Assembly: GCA_013239625.1 (NCBI GenBank)
Contig: MU053472.1
Location: forward strand, 2,577,822 to 2,641,821
Reading direction: 5' to 3'
DNA from: Lama guanicoe
Lineage: Eukaryota
DNA: 64,000 bases
How positions within the stretch are numbered: position 1 is the first letter of the stretch; each line of letters opens with the position of its first letter. Below, piece by piece: positions 37,233 to 50,664 of the stretch. Below the pieces are notes generated by a model. The model searched no databases. It was not told the origin of the DNA and was given only the letters and a program-made list of their open reading frames with translations. Made by a program: the position numbers and the translations under genes.

Positions 37233-40072
37233 GAGGAGTGACATCAGAAACATGACTGAATAAGATGTCCCTCTTCCTCAACCACAATTTGGCATCCATC
37301 TTCAGACAAAAATGCCTTTGTGGAAACTATGGGATTCAGCACCATATGCCAAAGGATCTGGAAGAGTCTCACCCACCAGTGCTTCACGTAATAGACATAC
37401 AGACCACAGTCCCAGATGTGGACCCTGCAGTTGCCTACGAACTGACTCCAGCCCCTCTTGGCTGGGAACCCCTGGAAAACACTGTTGTAGACAATTAGTC
37501 ATAAATAAGAGAGTCTTTGTGGAACTCCAGGTTTCCAGCAGATAAGTTTCAGCATACAACTGGAGCAAAAAAATTCCAAGTTTAGACACAATAAAGAAGG
37601 TAGTTAGTAGAGACTGGAGGAGGTAACTGCTAGTTCAAATATGAAGATAGCAACATAAGACTTCAAGGAATATGAAAAATCAAGGAAACATGATACAACA
37701 AAAGGATCACAATAATCTTCCAGTAAGCGATCCCAAATACATGGAGATCTTGAGATTTACCCAATAAAGAATTCAAAACAGCTGTTTTAAGAAAGCTCAG
37801 TGAGCTACAAGAAAACGCAAATAATTCAACATGAACAAAATAGGAGCTTTAACAAAGAGATTGAAATTTCAAAAAGAACCAAACAGAAATTCTGGAGCTA
37901 AAGAGTACAATGAATGAAATGAAAACATGTAACAGAGAGCACCAACATCAGGAGAGATCAAATAGAAAAAAGAATCTGTAAATTAGAAGACAGAATTTTA
38001 AAAATTATCCAGTCAGAGGAGACCAATGACAAAAGAATGAAAAAGAGTGAAGAAATTCTACATGATCCATAGAATACCATCAAAAACAATTTGAAAAACT
38101 ACTGGGGTTCCAGAAAGAGAAGAGAAGGAGAAAGAAGTAGAAAGCTTATTTAAAGAAGTAATGTCTACACATGAAAAAATGTTCAATTTCACTAATTATC
38201 AGAGAAATATAAATCAAAACCACAATGAGGTATCACCTCACACCAGTCAGAATGGCTAACATTAAAAAGTCCAGAAATGATAAGTGCTGGAGAGGGTGTG
38301 GAGAGAAGGGAACCTTCCTACACTATTGGTGGAAATATAGTTTGGTGAAGTCACTATGGAAAACAACATGGAGAGTCCTTAAAAAGCTAAAAATACAGTA
38401 ACCATATGACCCAATAATCCCACTCCTGGGCATATATCCAGAGAAAACTCTAATTTGAAAAGATACATGCACCCCAATGTTCATAGCAGTACTATTAACA
38501 ATACCCAAGACATGGAAGCAACCTAAATGTCTATCAACAGATGACTGGATAAAGACGTTGTGGTGTATATACATACAATGAATACCATTAAGCCATAAAA
38601 AAGAATAAAATAATGCCATTTGCAGCAACATGGATGGACCTAGAGATTATCATACTAAGTGAAGTAAGACAGAGAAAGATAAACATCATATGTTATCACT
38701 TACATGTGGAATCTAAAAAAAAAGACACAAATGAACTTATTTACAAAACAGAAACAGAGTCACAGATATAGAAAACAACTTATGGTTTCCAAAGGGGAAA
38801 GGGAGGGGGAGGGATAAATTAGGAGCTTGGAATTTGTATATACTGGCTATGTATAAAATAGAAGATAAATAACAAGGTCTTACTGTATAACACAGGGAAC
38901 CATATCCAATATCTTGTAATAACCTATAATGAAAAAGAATACATATATATGTATAACTGAACCACTACACTGTACACCAGAAACTAACAACATTGTAAAT
39001 CAACTATACTTCAATAAAAAAGGGCAGGGATCCTGAATAGACATTTTTCAAAAGAAATCTTACAAATGGCTAATAGTACATGAAAAGATGCAAAACATCA
39101 CTAACCACTGAAGAAATGCAAATCAAAAAACACAATGAGATACCACCTCATACCTGTTAGAATGCTTATCATCAAAAAGACAAAAAAAAAAGGTATGTCA
39201 AAAACAGAGAGAAAAAAGGAACACTTGTGCACTATTGACAGGAATGTAAATTGGAATCACTATGGAAAACAGTATGAAGTTTCCTCAAAAAAATAAAAGT
39301 AAAACTACCAAAAAAAAAAATCCACAAAAAACAAAAACAAAAAACATGTGGGGAAAAAAAGTAGAACTACCTTACGACCCAGCAATTCTACTTCTGGGTA
39401 TATACCCAAAGGAAATGAAATCAGGATATAGAAGAGAAATCTGCACTCCTGTGTTTATTGCAGCATTATTCACAATAACCAAGATGGAAACAAGCAAAGT
39501 GTCCATTAATGGATGAACGGCTAAATATGATTTAGTGCGTGTATATATATATATACAATAGAATATTATTCAGCTATGAGACAGAAGGAAAGCCTACCAT
39601 TTGCATTAACACAGATGGAACTTGAAGGCATTATGCTAAGTGAAATAAGTCAGACGGAGAAAGGCAAATACTGTATGATCTCAGTTATAAATGGAATCTT
39701 AAAAAGCTGAACTCATAGAAGTGGAGAGTAGAACAGCAGTTGCCAGAGGCTAGGGGTAGAAGAAATGGGGAGATGTTGGTAAAGGGTACAAACTTCCACT
39801 TGTAAGATATGTAAGTGGATATGAGGATCTAATGTACAGCATGGTGATTATAGGTAACAGTACTGTATAATATACTTGAAATTTGCTGAGAGAGTAGATC
39901 TTAAATTTGCTCATCACAAAAAAGAAATTGTAATCATGGGAGGTAGAAATGTTAACTACCCTACTGTAGTAATCATTTTACAACATATAAATATATTATA
40001 TCAACAGGGTGCACATATTACAATTACACAATGTTCTATGTCAATTACATCTCAACAAAGCTGAAAAAAATT
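37233..40072 (+). mobile_element. Formerly full-length L1 with its interior replaced by a younger L1 3' fragment
   Basis: TSD caagattgcca (37222-37232 / 40073-40083). 5'UTR/ORF1 runs to ~38165, the younger L1 spans 38166-39020, and the host ORF2 end and 3'UTR span 39021-40070. Confidence 0.85.
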
Positions 40073-43000
40073 CAAGATTGCCAAGACTGATGCTGACTTT
40101 TGAAAGAACACTAGTAACTTCTGAGTTGCTAAGAATTTGTTTTACACATACCATCTCCTAACTGTTCTTAAGTAGTTTGAGTATCTAAAAATAGAAATTT
40201 GATTGTAGCTATTATACAATGTTGCCATTATTTTTCATGCTGCTATTGCCAAAAAAAAGGGTTGAGCATATGAGTACTATAAGAAGCCTGTGAATCTGCT
40301 TGCAACAGAATTCAGAAAAAATGGTAAGTGTGTGCCACTTAAAGTAAGGGTATTGTGAAAGAAACTGCAATGTTTTGTGGCAAAATGGATCCACTGAAAT
40401 AGGAAAGTTAAAAAAAATCATAATAGCCTTTCTTAATATGCCTTGATTCAGCAGCGATAAGGAGAGTTGAGTGTAGTGGATATTTGCTGGGGGTTTTGGC
40501 TGTCCAGCATACTTCCCATCCCTCTTCCTATCAGCAGCTCAGTCTTCCCTTGGAGGGAATCCTATGTTGCGTGTTTTGTTCATGTGCCGACCACCCCTGG
40601 CACACACCTCCCACTGCTGAGGCTCTCTATGGAAATAAAGAGCCAGATCCTTTCTCCAGCTGCCCTTTAGTGCCCCTAGGGAGCAGACACATGGCCTAAC
40701 ACAGGCAATACAATGCTCCCTGCCAGGATTTTGCATCTTGAATCATGAACCAAAGTCTGGAGGAATCTGGGAGTCAGGTTGCTCCCAGCAGCAGTAGCAC
40801 AGTGCTGAGTTTATGTACTCCGTGCCTCCCTTGTATCCCACCTTCTGTCCGTTTAGTGAGTCCCCAGTGCTCACCTATGTTACTGAGATATGGATTCAGT
40901 AGCATGTAATAGAAACCAAAATAATGGGCAATTAAACAAGGTTCAAATTTCTCTTTCACATAAAAGTTTGGATATAGGCATTTTAGGATGCTTATTGTAG
41001 CTCTACAATCACTTGGAACCCAGAATGCTTCTAGCTGCCTGTTCTACCATCCTTAAGGTATGGACTTCTTCCTCATGGTCCAAAATGGAGCTCCAGCCAT
41101 CACATATATGATTGGGTAAAAGGAAAGAGATTTATGCCTCCACCCATTAATAAGTCCAGGAGATTTCACATGCTACTTCTGCTTGTATGCCACTGGCCAG
41201 AAGTTAGTCACATAGCCAGATCTAACTGCAAGGGAGGCTGGGAAATGTGGTCTTTATTCTGATAAGCAAGTGAGTAAAAAAGGACAGGAAGAAATTATGT
41301 AATGATTAACACGCTCTCAGACACACTTTCCACAATTACTTTTTTACTTAAGATAGGCCAGTGTCTGTCTCTATTACTTCCGACCAAGAATCCTGTTTGA
41401 TTCAGTGAGGAAACCCTGAATGGAATGACTTAAGGAGGCAGTATTATAGAGCATCACCATTCACCCCAAAGTGTAAATCAGAAACCTGGGTATATTCCTT
41501 ATCTTTCATCTCCTTCCATATTTAATCAACCACTCAATCCTCTTTATTCTACTCCTTTCATAATTCTCAATTCCAACCCTTCCTTTCATTCCCGCATCAT
41601 TGTCTTGATCACGCCTTTGCCATTTTTCTATCTGTACCCTCGAATTCCACTGCTGTCTTCTGGAGTGCTCTTTCTAAAATCTAAATCTGCATTAATACAT
41701 CTTCAATTTCCCTGCATAATACTTCAACTAATCCTTCTTAAAAACAAAAGCCAAACTCCACTGTGTGGCACACAAGGCCCTTCACTAAGTGGCACTTTTA
41801 GTCTCATCTCTAGACATTCTCCATTGTACATAACCTATGTGCCTGGCACCTTGGATATGTCCTCATCCCTATCTAAGATATGCCTACTTTGATGAGAATC
41901 CATTCTTGCTCACATGTAATAGTTAGGTAATCTGGAATTACAAGTATGTTCAGTGTGACAAGGAAGGAGAATGTGGGCACCATGCTGTCCAGACATATAA
42001 GAAATAAGCATTGTCCTCTTTTTAAGGAATATTTTATGAATGGGAGATGCATCATGATGACAAGATTATTATTCATGCTCATTTCTACCCCTAGTGCTAA
42101 GTACTATGCTAGATACTGACAATTAAAAACTAGTAAAATGACAGGTTACTAGAAACAATGGACATGATAGTGGATGATCATATTCTCAGATCTACATACA
42201 TTTCAGGATTCTTCAATAACGTATCTTAACGTAAGTCATCTGTATGAGGTCAAATAACTACAACCTAAAATAGTCAAAAATTACAGATAAATACATGAAG
42301 GTTATTTTTTGCTTTTCAAAGCAAAAAATGTACCATATTTTTTTTCAAAGAGCCATATACAGATTTCAATGAAATGGGCAATGTAACAGCAAATCATTAC
42401 ACTCTGATAAGAGAGAAGAAAGAAAATAAAGTTAATATATGCAAATAACATTAATGATCAATATGAAATGAAACAATATTTTCTCATCAGGATGATAGAA
42501 TAAGGATATTTATTGCATAAGCTTCTACACTGGGATGAGTTCCTAAATGACTTATAAAGTCAGATGATGTGGGATTAAACTGAAAAGCAAATACCTGAAT
42601 TAGACATAATAAAGAAGCTTCTAATGAAAGATCATTATAGGAATGAATTACTGAGCATGATACAGACTCTCACTGGGATGGACAATTACCTGTCTAAGAT
42701 GACTTAATTATGAATCTGCCTAGAGGAATGAAGCTCAGTTGATGACTTTTATGCTGGGATTTTATTGTTCTATTGAAAAAACATAAAACCTGCATAGTTT
42801 CAAATTTAAACTTATTATAAGGCATATAGTGGAATGAGTCCATGTAAAGATCAGATTGTTGATTTACAGATGTGAAATCTATAACCTGGATTATGTGGAA
42901 CCCAGGTACTATGCAGCCTTTACAGAATCTCTCTCTATACAATGCCTGATAATAAAAGAATCATAAATTTGATAGATCTTATCTAGTATTTCCTTCACTT

Positions 43001-43539
43001 AAAGGTATACAAAATTGCATTAATGGAATATCACATATAAATTATTTAGGTTGGTCTTGTATGCCCAATTACAAATCTACAAACCTACCCTTTCTAATAA
43101 GGCTATGGGGTGCATGAGGTAAAAATCAGAATTCTCCATTATTCATTGCACTTATATGACTGATTGAGGCAAGTGGGTAATCATTTTCAATTCAGTTTCA
43201 GACAAAAAACAAACCTTAATTTAATCATTACAGTGCCATAAACATTGAAAATAAGCAAAAAGTAAACAGAGGTTAGAAAAAAATTATTTTATGGGAATTT
43301 GTTTAAAGGCATTAAAATGCCAGCATAAATGGGTCTGTTTAAGAATCATAAAAAAGATATATACACAGTTCATAGAAAGGTTATATCAAAAAATCATTCA
43401 ACTAAGAAATAGCATTGCGGTATATTTCTTCCCAGTCATAATACATATTTTTATATAATATGTATTTTATATTAATAATATGCATGTCTATATTTTTCAT
43501 ATTTATAATACATACTTTTAAATAAATACACACTGAACA

Positions 43540-44400
43540 ATTTTTTCTCTTATTTTGATTTCAGACTTACAGGAAAGTTGCAAAAAAGTCCAGAGAACTC
43601 CCTTCTACCCAGATTTGCTCTATGTGAAGATCCTTCCCTCTCGCTTTCTCTCTTTCATTTACTCTGTTTCTTTCTGTCTTTGAAACTTTTCAGAGTATCT
43701 TAGAGATACGGTTCCCCTTTACACCTCAGTAGTTCATTGTGTATTTCCTAAAAACAAGAAATTCTCTTGCAATAACCACAGCACAATGATCAAACCAGGA
43801 AATTAACATTGATGCAATACTGTATCTGATCTTGCTCATGTTTTGCCAATTCTCCCAACAATGTCCTTTATAACATAAGAAAATCCTGGGTCAGGCTTTG
43901 CATTTGATTATGTCTTTTTAATTTTCTGTCTTTCTTAATGTTTCACAACATTGACATTTTTGAAGAATAAAGACCAGTTAGTTTTCTATAATGTCCCTTG
44001 GTTGGGAGCTGTCTGATGTTTCCTCATGATTAGGTTCAAGTTATACTGTTTTAGCAAAAACATATAATTGATGTTATGTTCTCAGAAGGCACATGTTGCT
44101 AATTTGTCAATTATTGATGACGTTAACTTTGATCCACAGACACAGTGTTTCACATCCTATATTTTCACTCATAATATTTTTTGTCTTTCAAAATTTTTGG
44201 AAACATCATTTCAGTGTCTATACAGTATTTCATTTATTGACATGTCATAATTTGTTAACAAGCCTTATTTCTGTTTCATGTGTCACTGCAGTGGTAAGGA
44301 CTTCCAGAATTACCATTACAACAATGGAGTTAGCAGCCTCCTGATTTTTAATGGAAATACTTTCAGTCTTTTGCCATTAAGTATTTTATTGGCTTTTGAT
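43540..44400 (-). mobile_element. Ancient L1 (L1MC/ME-like) fragments
   Basis: gtgtatttcctaaaaacaagaaattctcttgcaataaccacagcacaatgatcaaaccaggaaattaacattgat. Confidence 0.65.
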
Positions 44401-45579
44401 TTAAAATAAGTTTTTCAAAATGCTAGGGAAATACTCTTTATAGGTATGATTAAAATTCAAGAATCAAGATATATCTATTTGTCTAATTAATTCATTAATT
44501 AATGACCATAAACCTAGAATTGTCCACCCCCACTCCAATTCATACATAACGCAATAATGATGTGTCCAAGGTATGTTTATTGACTGTGCTTTGTTCTAGT
44601 CTCTTGTTTATCAAAAACAGCCCCCTCTGAACAATTACATTTCATCAGCAATTTCAAGCTCTGTCCTCTCACTCTGGGCTCTGTGTAGCTGCTGATCTTG
44701 GCGGAGGGGTAAAAGAAGAGGGTGTGGTAGCTATTTTTTTTCCTGCAGCAGGCAACAATGGCTAGAAGCTGCTGGGATGAACCTTGCCACCTGAGGTTAA
44801 AGATTCAGCAGTTTCAAGCAAGTGCAGAGCAAAAAGACAAGGCTCTTATCTTTTATCTTCTTTTGGTCAGCTCAAAGAGTTTTCGTGAGTACAGGAGAGT
44901 TTTTGACACCCTTAGACTTACATAAGTGACGTTCCACTGGCGTGTGTTTGAGAGTATGTTTCACCAGAAGACACTAGAAACTGTTGTTGCCTTCTGGCAT
45001 CTAGTGATTGTTACTAATCACAATTAAACTGTGAAAGTGTTTGAAAGATTTACTTTATATGCTTATGTATGTAACCAGTCTATTGAAAAGTTTCAACTCA
45101 GGGAATATAAATGTGAAAAGTTTTTTGTTTTGTTTTTCTCTCAGGGGCCCAACTGTGATATACTTAATCTCCTCCTTCCCTTTAATGTCCTGGGCAGATC
45201 CTATAACATTCTGATCCCTTTTAAATATTAAGGCTAGCCCTTAAAAAAAGTCTAGGCCTGGTAAAACCTTCAAACTTAAACACTTCATTTAGAAATATGC
45301 GATATTTAGAACATATGTATACTAAAAAATTATTTATCTGAAATTTAAATTTAATTGGGCGCCCTATATTTTATTTCTTGAATCTGGTAATCCTAATTTT
45401 AACTTCATTTCTTCCCTACCTGCCTCGCTTCCCAGAGCAGGTTTACCCAAAGGCCAGAAGAATGTGGAGTAAGGAGGAGGCACAGTCTGTTTTGTTAACC
45501 CTCCCACCTTACCATTTTGGTGGTGGCAAGAAGGGTCCTGAAAAAGGAAAACATCTCTTTCTCTAACTTGGTATGAAAG

Positions 45580-45990
45580 TGTTATCATCATTTCTCCAGT
45601 AAATGCTAACTGGTCAAGGATACTGTGTCGGTACAAGTTCTCCAAGGAGATGCTGCAGTGGACTTGGGAGTATGAGAGGTTACTGAGGAGTAATACTGCC
45701 AAAAGATAGGGAATAGGGTGGGGGAAGAGAATCTGACAAGAAGAATTTCAGACTGTGATGCAGGTCTAACAAAGTCTCAGCTAACCAACAGGGACTCTGG
45801 AGAAGAGACTGCACATTAAGAGGAGTCCTGCATTGGGTAGAAATGGCCAGGCCTTAGTATCCCTGCTGTTTTGTCACAGACTAGGGTGTACCCAGGGAAA
45901 GCACAGGCCCCAACTCAACTGGCGCAGCTGACCCTGACGGCGCAGCTGGAGGCTGACAGCTAACTGCACTCCCTAAAGTCAGAAAGCAAG
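45580..45990 (-). mobile_element. LTR16/LTR33-like ERVL LTR
   Basis: Resembles the layout of 27237-27830. Confidence 0.5.
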
Positions 45991-46890
45991 TTCTTTCTTG
46001 AACAGAGATCTGGGCAGCTCACCACCATGACTGCCACAGGTGTCTTCTGTGTGGTAGGTGTCCAACTGCCCACTCCCTCCTGAGGTTACTGTGTGGGCTC
46101 TTTGGAAAGCCTGGCAGGGCCTCAGTACAACTGTTTCCAGTCTTGAGAGGTCTGGTTCCAGCTTCACTTCTGCCACCTCTGTCCCTGTCTCCCTCAGCCT
46201 CTTGCTGCTGGAGTGCCTTCAGCCAGCGGGGAGCTCTCTTGGACAGGTAGCTGTCTTCGGCAGCTCCCCACCCTTTGGAAAATGCTCACACCCTTGTCCT
46301 GATCCAGGGGAATGCAGGCTGCTCCACCAGGCCCTGTCTCTGTCTCTCCATTTCTCTCCTATTTACTCTTCCCTTGCTCAGATAGGCACAGGTGATAGAT
46401 CAGGTGTGCTACCTAAGCAGGTGTGTGGACATTTGGATACTGAAATGCCAGTCACCCCTTCTTGCAGGCACTCCTCAAAACACAGTTTACAAGCGATCTT
46501 TTAAGTATCTCCCAGTTTACTTGGCTTGCTATGAGGAGGGGAGGAACTCACCCATCACCATTAACACATTCCCTACCAGGCCCATGCCTCTCTTCTTCTA
46601 TGGTGCTCAAGAGATAACAGGTGTGATTTCTTGAGTGAATGACAAAGGAGTAGAGTTTTAGAACACACATTTCAGGATTTATGTAACCTAGATATGAACT
46701 TGTATGAAAATCATTCTTTGTGCATGTTGTAGCAGGAAAAAAAGAATTGAAAACCACTGGTGCAGAGACAGAATATATAATTAGACCAAATATTGAGGAT
46801 CATAAGTACACTCATAAACCTTTTGGGAACAAACAGATAAGCAAATATAGTTAATCAGAGCAGTGGACATTTGTAATTTGTCTCTACAGC

Positions 46891-46952
<62 letters not shown>
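46891..46952. repeat. (AAT)~20 microsatellite
   Basis: Perfect trinucleotide run. Confidence 0.97.
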
Positions 46953-46967
46953 TCCTTTTTCAAGTCA

Positions 46968-47110
46968 CAGCTGGGTTTACTACATATAGCTGCAAAGGTT
47001 GTGCACCACACATTCCAAGGGAGCACCAGTCACAATGCAGATTGTCTGAATGGTAACCCTTGGAGTTGTGCAGTGCACAACCTGCACAACATTCACAGTA
47101 TACCCGGCCA
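46968..47110. mobile_element. MER91-like hAT-Tip100 miniature element
   Basis: Inverted repeats aggttgtgcac (46997) / gtgcacaacct (47073). Confidence 0.6.
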
Positions 47111-48849
47111 CAGCCCTAATTTTCCTATGTGAGTCACTGCTCACCTTGTCACAGTCACCTTGATCTGATAGGATATACCAGAGTTAGAGCACATGACCGG
47201 GCCTAATGCATCCCACTCCCCTGGCCCCTGGGTCAATGGTGGGCACATGAACTAAACCTAACCTAGCCCAATCAGAGTGGCTCTCAGGACTCCTGATGGG
47301 AATGCACACCCTTATGACATAATTTTCCAAATAAAAACTCTGACCCTTTTTTCACACTAATAGTATCTAGTGAAGACCACAACTATCAATGAAATGTCTC
47401 AAAATGAAGGAGTTAATGTTTTTTTCCCCAAGCAATGATGATGGTATCTTCATTAACACAGTGACTCTCCTTCTTGGCCTCTCTTGTGCCCAGTTGACAC
47501 CACTGAGACTGGGTTTCAAAGGATTTTTTAGAAAAAAGGTTTCGTCTGACAAAAAAATGGAGACTAAACTGACACTGCCACCATCTCTAAGTAACCAGTC
47601 AAGGCTAGAAGAAATGGATCAAATGTATTGGAGGTAGTGAGCTTCTACCACTGCAGGTGATCAAAGCCAGGCTGGTGACTGTTTAAGGCATGTAGTAGAG
47701 GGGATTCAAACAACCACTTGGGACTTGGACTGTTACACTGCCAAGGTGATGTCTTCAGTGTGGTCTTTTAAATAGTAAAGATATTCAAACATATGCACAC
47801 AAACAGAAACATGGTATTCTAAGAATTAAATAGATTGTGCTATGGATCTGCCTCCAAAAAAATTTGGAAGCACAAGAGTGTGAAGATGCTTTCCTTTGCA
47901 GGGAATCATTAACTGAATTCTGATGCCAGTATGTCAAGATTATGAACCAGATTCTTGGGTGGTTTTCTTCACAATTTTGCTGGGATAGTCTACTTCTTTG
48001 TGCATTATATTATTTTTATGTTACTAATTTTAAATTTTATGAAGTTTCCTCCCATATATTTTCTCCATGTAGCTATCTAAAAAGCACATATACAACACAG
48101 TGACCAATTTTTTGTCATTTATGTCTTTTGCTTCACCAATTTATTTACAGATTTATAGTTCATTGACTTCCACAGTTAGAAAATTAATGCTAAATCAATC
48201 CTTTATATAAATTTATTATAACTTTACTATAAATTATTTTGCAATAGGTTGTTTGACCAATGTGGTGTAAAACTCTATTGTATATAAATGAAAACATTAA
48301 GCAAGTTGAAGGCATAAAATCAGTTAGCACTCTAATATAGCAGCTTGTGAGTGAGAAACTCTATAGCATTTTTATGTAGCATATGGGAAAACTGTGCAGC
48401 ATGGGGGTTTTGAGTATTAATTCTACAGTTGTACTAAATCTAACATGACAATCTCTATCTACAATCCAACCAGATTTAAAGTGGTAAGTTTTCATTGCTG
48501 TTCTGAACGCTGAATTATCTAGATGGTGGTGTTTGAGAAAGCTCATCTTCATAAAGCAAGTTTAGACCCCTTAGAATCTATACATGGAAATCATCTTAAC
48601 TACTGGGTATTCCAAAATGTAGTTTTCTTTCAAATTCCTTCCAAAATTGCTCTACTGTTTTGAGCAGTTTATCATCTTTTAAGTGGAAGAAAATATCTAT
48701 GAATATAACAGAAAGAAAAAAATTGTTTTAAATTCTGATCATCCCATTTTCAGGGCTTAACGTTTATTTTTCACCTGACTATTTACTTTTGACAAATCAT
48801 AAACTGGAAACTGAACAATAAGGAAGAACATGTACATAATAGTCCCAGT

Positions 48850-49330
48850 ATTTTTAAAAGCCACACATAAATACAGCTCAATGAATTTTCACAAAACAAA
48901 CCCATCTATGCAATCCTCAACCAGATCAAGAAACAGAATGTTACTAACTCCCCAGAAGTACCACGTGGACTCACTTCTAACCACTAGCCATTGGTAACTA
49001 CTATCCTAACTGCTGATAGATTCGTTTTTCCTGTTTTTACACTTTATATAAATGGGATAATACATTAGTACTTTTGGGAATGGTTTCTTCCACCCAATTT
49101 AGATCTGTGAAGTGCAGTCATGCTGTCACAGATAGCTTGTTCCTTCTCACTGTTACATACTATTTCACTGTTTAAACTTACCATAATTTTATTTCTCCAT
49201 TCTACTGTTGATGGGCATTTAGTTTCCAGATTTTGGCTATTACAGATAATGCTGCTATGAATAATCTGGAGCACATTTTTAGTGAATATAACTACATATT
49301 TTTATTGAGAATATATCAAGGAACTGTTTT
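48850..49330 (-). mobile_element. Ancient L1 3' fragment
   Basis: Minus-strand peptide ETKCPSTVEWRNK resembles the L1 ORF2 C-terminus. Confidence 0.7.
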
Positions 49331-50664
49331 AATTCTATATATGTATTATTAAAACATCTACTTTTTATGTAATATGTACTTAGCATCATGGACAATGACA
49401 CATTTTTCCTGGTCATGACGTTTAGAAAGTGGCCTACAGTTTTCCAGATCCAAGAAAGATATTATATTTCAAAACATTCTAGTAAGATATTGGAAGGTTA
49501 TTTAGATTTTTTAAAATAGATTTAAGACCTTAACTCAGAAGTACAAGAAATTAACTTTAACTTTGTTTTTATATCACTACACTTAATTCCCATTTTGAGC
49601 TCCCATTCTGCCCAACAGCAGGAACTTAATCTCAGTGAATGCAAAATGTCCTTCTCCTGCCTTTTCCTGAGCTGCACCTAAATTCCAGGGATGGACATGG
49701 TATTGGGGCTTCTAGGTGCCATCTATTCAAGCTGACAAGTGTTCATTCCTACCTGGGCCCTGCTAGGTATTGGGGTACCTTCCTGCTTCTGGCTGTAGGT
49801 CCTCTTTGAGTCTGCTGGCTCCTTTGCTGAGTTAGGCTCTCTCTTAGGCCTATTGCCTCATACTCCACATACAAACTCATGAATAACATTCCTTTGTTCC
49901 CACATCCTGCTGGGCTCATAAACACTCTATTAATCCAGGATGGAGTAGGCAGCCTGATTCCACCTGTTTTTCTAAATCCACTGTTCATGGTATGAACTCT
50001 ATACCTTGAATTTGTTAGGCCTTGGGTTTTTTAAACTTTTAAGTTTTAATTCAAAAGCTTTTTACTTGTGTCATCCTTTGCTCAAGGCAGGGAATGCTGA
50101 TGACTACAGGGAAGTAGGTGTAAGGGAGAACTGTTCCACCACTTAAATATATGTTTGATTCTGTTGCTCCTTTGAAATCCTTTCATAACTTAATTTAAAA
50201 AACAAATACCAAACAAACAGAACTCTTTTTCATTACTATCTTATTATGATCACAACTAGATTTACATCAAATTGAATTCAGTGTACAGCTTGGTAAAGCT
50301 GATCGCTATCTGTTGTTTCTAACATAGCTTGAAATTTCTTGAGAAAGAAAATTCAATAGCAAACTACTAGCTACCATTTACTGAGTTCAAACTACATACT
50401 AGGGGCTAAGCAATACATACGCTGTATGTATTTCCTTATTTAATTTTTATAGCAACCTTATGATATCTTCATTTCATATATGAGAAAACTGAGGCACAGG
50501 CAGGTGAACTAACTTGCTTGAGGTCACAAAACTAGGATTTGAATCTAAGCGATTAAGAACTAAAAGCTACTACAAATAACCACCATGTTACACTACCTTA
50601 ATGTAGAGTAAGGACAGAATCTAGCAACTTTGCTATTACTCTCTCCATTAAGACGAATGTCCAG

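Noticed and set aside
46781..47132. Poly-Leu / poly-Asn ORFs
   Set aside because: Translation artefacts of the (AAT)n microsatellite.
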